Source: Candidatus Woesearchaeota archaeon | Lineage (GTDB): Archaea; Nanobdellota; Nanobdellia; Woesearchaeales; B72-G16 | NCBI GenBank assembly: GCA_003650545.1 | Contig: QMQO01000009.1 | Span: forward strand, 1-39,747 | DNA length: 39,747 nucleotides | Direction: 5' to 3' | Shown: positions 36,986 to 39,747 of the stretch, one piece after another | Numbering within the stretch: position 1 is the stretch's first letter | Layout of the letters: the number at the start of each line of letters is the position of its first letter | Notes under the pieces: model-generated | What the model was told of the DNA's origin: nothing | Seen by the model: only the letters and a program-made list of their open reading frames with translations | The model's database searches: none | Translations under genes and position numbers: made by a program

Positions 36986-37642
36986 ATGGAACAAATATTC
37001 CCTGGGATTTTTAAAAGAAAAGGGAAACTCTACACAAAAAGTTTATTGCCAGGAAGAACTTATTTTAATGAACAAATCTTTAAAGAGAACAACATTGAAT
37101 TCAGACAATTTTCTCCATATAACTCAAAGTTTGCAGCTGCAATTAAACGTGGTCTAAAACAAACAGGTATAAAAGAAGGAAGCATAGTGTTATATTTAGG
37201 ATCATCACACGGTTATACAGTTTCGTTTTTCTCAGATATAGTTGGAGAAAAAGGTGTCCTTTTTGCAGTTGATGTTGCACCGAGAGTCATGCGCGATCTA
37301 ATCTTTATCGCGGAAGATCGTAAGAATATTGCTCCAATATTGGCGGATGCATCCCATCCAGAAGAATACAAAAAAAGAATTTTACAACCAGATTTCCTTT
37401 ATCAGGATGTTGCGCAGCGTAATCAGATCGAGATTTTCATTAAAAATATCGAACTTCTAAAAAAGAAAAGCTTTGCAATGTTGGCCTTAAAAGCGAAAAG
37501 CATAGACATCTCTAGGAAAACAGAGCAAATATTTGATCAAGCCAAGTCACAATTAAAAAAAGAAAATATAAACATAATACAATCTTTTACATTAGATCCG
37601 TATCAGCGTGATCATATGTTCTTCTTATGTAAAAAGTATTAA
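36986..37642 (+). CDS. flpA: Fibrillarin-like rRNA/tRNA 2'-O-methyltransferase
   Basis: SKFAAAI, VLYLGSSHGYTVS..SDIV, NIAPILADA.HP, QDVAQRNQ, KAKSID and LDPYQRDH. Confidence 0.95.
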   Translation: MEQIFPGIFKRKGKLYTKSLLPGRTYFNEQIFKENNIEFRQFSPYNSKFAAAIKRGLKQTGIKEGSIVLYLGSSHGYTVSFFSDIVGEKGVLFAVDVAPRVMRDLIFIAEDRKNIAPILADASHPEEYKKRILQPDFLYQDVAQRNQIEIFIKNIELLKKKSFAMLALKAKSIDISRKTEQIFDQAKSQLKKENINIIQSFTLDPYQRDHMFFLCKKY

Positions 37643-37712
37643 TAATAATTAAATAACAATAACAACAAAACAATTACACAAACAATATCTTAACTATATC
37701 TATAAAACCTAT

Positions 37713-37770
37713 TAGAGCTATTGTTAGAACTATATATACATACTAGAACTATAACTAGAACTATATATAC
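37713..37770. repeat. Short intergenic direct repeats TAGAACTATA
   Basis: Copies at 37725, 37744 and 37756, plus a degenerate copy at 37713. The 15-mer tagaactatatatac occurs at 37725 and 37756. Confidence 0.6.
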
Positions 37771-37858
37771 TACCCCTTCTCTACAACTCTATAACCGTTA
37801 AATTTATAAATAAATTGGAGTTTAGATATTAAGAGTAAGTATAATAGGGGGTGTAGGT

Positions 37859-38899
37859 ATGTCTGAAGAGAGCAAAGAACAAGAAAAAAAAGCAAAAAGA
37901 AAGAAAATAAGTAAATTGATGATTTGGCAGGTTATTACTATTATTTTTGTAGCGTTATTTGCGGTTGCAATAGCAACAAAAGGATTTACATTTGGCGCTA
38001 CAGGTAAAGTAGCTGGTACAATAACAGCAAAGGAAGCAGCGGATAAAGCAATCAATTTCATAAACGATAACCTTCTGCAAAATCGTGTTACAGCAAATCT
38101 AACAAGTTATGGTGAACTTGATGGCCTTTACCAAATAAACTTTACAATCGCTGGTCAATCCTACGAAGGTTATACAACTCTAGATGGTAACTTGTTTTTT
38201 CCACAAGCTATAGATTTAAATATGGAGATCCCTAAACCTGAACAGCAACAAGAATTAGAATCACAACAAATTGAAAAAAGAGATAAACCTAAAGCACAGG
38301 TATTTGTGATGTCTTTTTGTCCTTATGGTCTACAATTTATAAAAGCCTATGTCCCAGTAATTGAACTGTTGGGAGATAAAGCTGATTTAGAGATAAATTT
38401 TGTTGATTATGCTATGCACGGCAAAAAGGAAATTGACGGGAACAACCATATCTACTGTGTACAACGTGAGTACAGAGACAAACTAGCAGAATATTTAAGA
38501 TGTTTTGTTAAGGAGGGTGATTATGAAGGTTGTATTGGCGAAGTAGGCTTAGACAAGAATAAAATTGATTCATGTATAAATGAAATCGATGAAGAGTTTA
38601 ACATAACAGAACTCTATAACGACAAAAGCACTTGGTCTGGAGGAAGGTTCCCTAAATATCCTATTGACTCAGGTTTAAACGACGAATTCGGTGTTCGTGG
38701 CTCACCGACATTCGTTTTGAATGGAAAGCAGACGAATGTTAATAGGTCTCCTGAAGCAATCAAACAAGCGATTTGTAACGCATTTAACACACCACCACAA
38801 GAATGTGAAACTGAACTAAGCAATTCACCCGCAGCTCCTGGCGTTGGATCGATCGATGCACAAGCTGGATCGGGCTCTGGCGAAGGTAGTTGCGGTTAA
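37859..38899 (+). CDS. Membrane-anchored thioredoxin-fold (DsbA/GILT-like) protein with SxC-PY site
   Basis: N-terminal TM, FVMSFCPYG, MHGKKE, cis-Pro loop GVRGSPTFVLNG and C-terminal GSCG. Confidence 0.8.
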   Translation: MSEESKEQEKKAKRKKISKLMIWQVITIIFVALFAVAIATKGFTFGATGKVAGTITAKEAADKAINFINDNLLQNRVTANLTSYGELDGLYQINFTIAGQSYEGYTTLDGNLFFPQAIDLNMEIPKPEQQQELESQQIEKRDKPKAQVFVMSFCPYGLQFIKAYVPVIELLGDKADLEINFVDYAMHGKKEIDGNNHIYCVQREYRDKLAEYLRCFVKEGDYEGCIGEVGLDKNKIDSCINEIDEEFNITELYNDKSTWSGGRFPKYPIDSGLNDEFGVRGSPTFVLNGKQTNVNRSPEAIKQAICNAFNTPPQECETELSNSPAAPGVGSIDAQAGSGSGEGSCG

Positions 38900-38939
38900 T
38901 AATTATTTTTAACTTTTTATAATTATAAAGGTGGTTTAA

Positions 38940-39530
38940 ATGAAAAAAAGAGTGACAATTGTAATCGCTATTGTTTTTTTGATAATATGCCTTATTCTAT
39001 TGTTAATCAAATTCTGGCCAGAACCTCCTGTCGAGTATACAGATGATCGTTACCCAAACGAAGCACCAGTCATTATTGAGTGCTATTCTGATTTTGAATG
39101 TCCATTTTGCCATAAGGCACTGTCAGTTTTAAGTGCTGTTAAAGAAAAATATGGGGATGAAGTTGAAATCCAGTTCAAGCATTTTATTGTGCATGGTGCT
39201 CAATCACGTTTAGCAGCTCAGGCGAGCGAATGTGCCCGTGATCAAGGAATGTTCGATGAGTATAAGCATGCATTATACGAGCATGGTAGTCCATTCACAA
39301 CAGATGTAATGGAGAATATTGCACAAGACCTAGGCCTTAACAGAGATAAATTTTCAGACTGCCTTGAATCTGGTGAGAAGGATATTGTTGTTAGATATGA
39401 TCAACAGGTTGCAAAGATAAAAGGTATATCTGCAACACCAACATTCATTATTAATAATGATATTAAGCTTGTTGGCTTAAGATCTCAAGCAGATTTTGAG
39501 ATTATTATTGATAGATTATTGACAAAATAG
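38940..39530 (+). CDS. DsbA/BdbD-family thiol-disulfide oxidoreductase
   Basis: N-terminal TM, YSDFECPFC, AAQASECARDQG and GISATPTFIIN. Confidence 0.9.
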   Translation: MKKRVTIVIAIVFLIICLILLLIKFWPEPPVEYTDDRYPNEAPVIIECYSDFECPFCHKALSVLSAVKEKYGDEVEIQFKHFIVHGAQSRLAAQASECARDQGMFDEYKHALYEHGSPFTTDVMENIAQDLGLNRDKFSDCLESGEKDIVVRYDQQVAKIKGISATPTFIINNDIKLVGLRSQADFEIIIDRLLTK

Positions 39531-39589
39531 AATAGCGATAGATGTACAAATTGAAAAAGTATATAAATTAAAAAATTATTTTAGCATCT

Positions 39590-39747
39590 ATGATTGCATG
39601 AAACCTCGCGGTTTTATATTCCCTACAGGAAATATAAAACTTTGAGGTGATACACATGCAATATGTAGGTTTAGACGTACATAAAAAGTTTACGCAAGGT
39701 TGCATCCTTGATAAGGATGGCAACATGATTCTTGAACAAAAGTTCAA
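39590..39747 (+). mobile_element. Left end of an IS110-family element (boundary approximate, truncated by the window)
   Basis: Transposase start at 39656, preceded by hairpin cctc..GTTTTATATTCCCT-ac-AGGAAATATAAAAC..gagg (39604-39647). Confidence 0.65.
39656..39747 (+). CDS. IS110-family DEDD transposase/recombinase, N-terminal fragment
   Basis: SD gaggtga, then MQYVGLDVHKKFTQGCILDKDGNMILEQKF. YVGLDVHK is the first catalytic Asp motif of the IS110 RuvC-like domain. Confidence 0.85.
   Translation, partial: MQYVGLDVHKKFTQGCILDKDGNMILEQKF

Noticed and set aside
37640..37800. Possible CRISPR array from TAGAACTATA repeats
   Set aside because: The repeats are only 10-15 nt with irregular 2-16-nt spacing, and no cas genes are present.
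425..38823. Numerous 60-126-aa ORFs antisense to or overlapping long genes (e.g. 2847-3206, 7058-7420, 15589-15969, 32385-32708, 34726-35076)
   Set aside because: These are shadow ORFs of well-supported genes, with no motifs or translation signals.

Overview
This is a low-GC archaeal chromosomal window, most consistent with a DPANN lineage (Woesearchaeota-like; inferred from gene content, not from a database search). Archaeal markers include fibrillarin, archaeal YchF-type GTPase, type IA topoisomerase, TrmB, a PGF-pre-PGF domain, BHB tRNA introns, GGTGA Shine-Dalgarno (SD) sites and TTTATA(A/T)A promoters. The most notable locus is 5298-10761: an HD phosphohydrolase, a PfkB/nucleoside-kinase-GAF-GGDEF fusion, a PocR-GAF-GGDEF protein and a DUF1003 membrane protein, directly downstream of a giant Ca-binding surface protein. 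It is a candidate cyclic-dinucleotide signalling module in an archaeon, and one cyclase carries Asn at the guanine-specificity position. Features missing from the ORF track include a tRNA-Thr(UGU) gene with three introns (15275-15444), a CYTH-family pseudogene, a 44-aa TFIIB-type zinc ribbon and a 41-aa ribbon-helix-helix protein upstream of a 3242-aa subtilase surface protein. Also missed are two structured intergenic elements and the 5' end of an IS110 transposase at the right edge. A tandem triplet of paralogous unknown proteins lies at 13332-14970. All protein calls come from motif recognition by eye.
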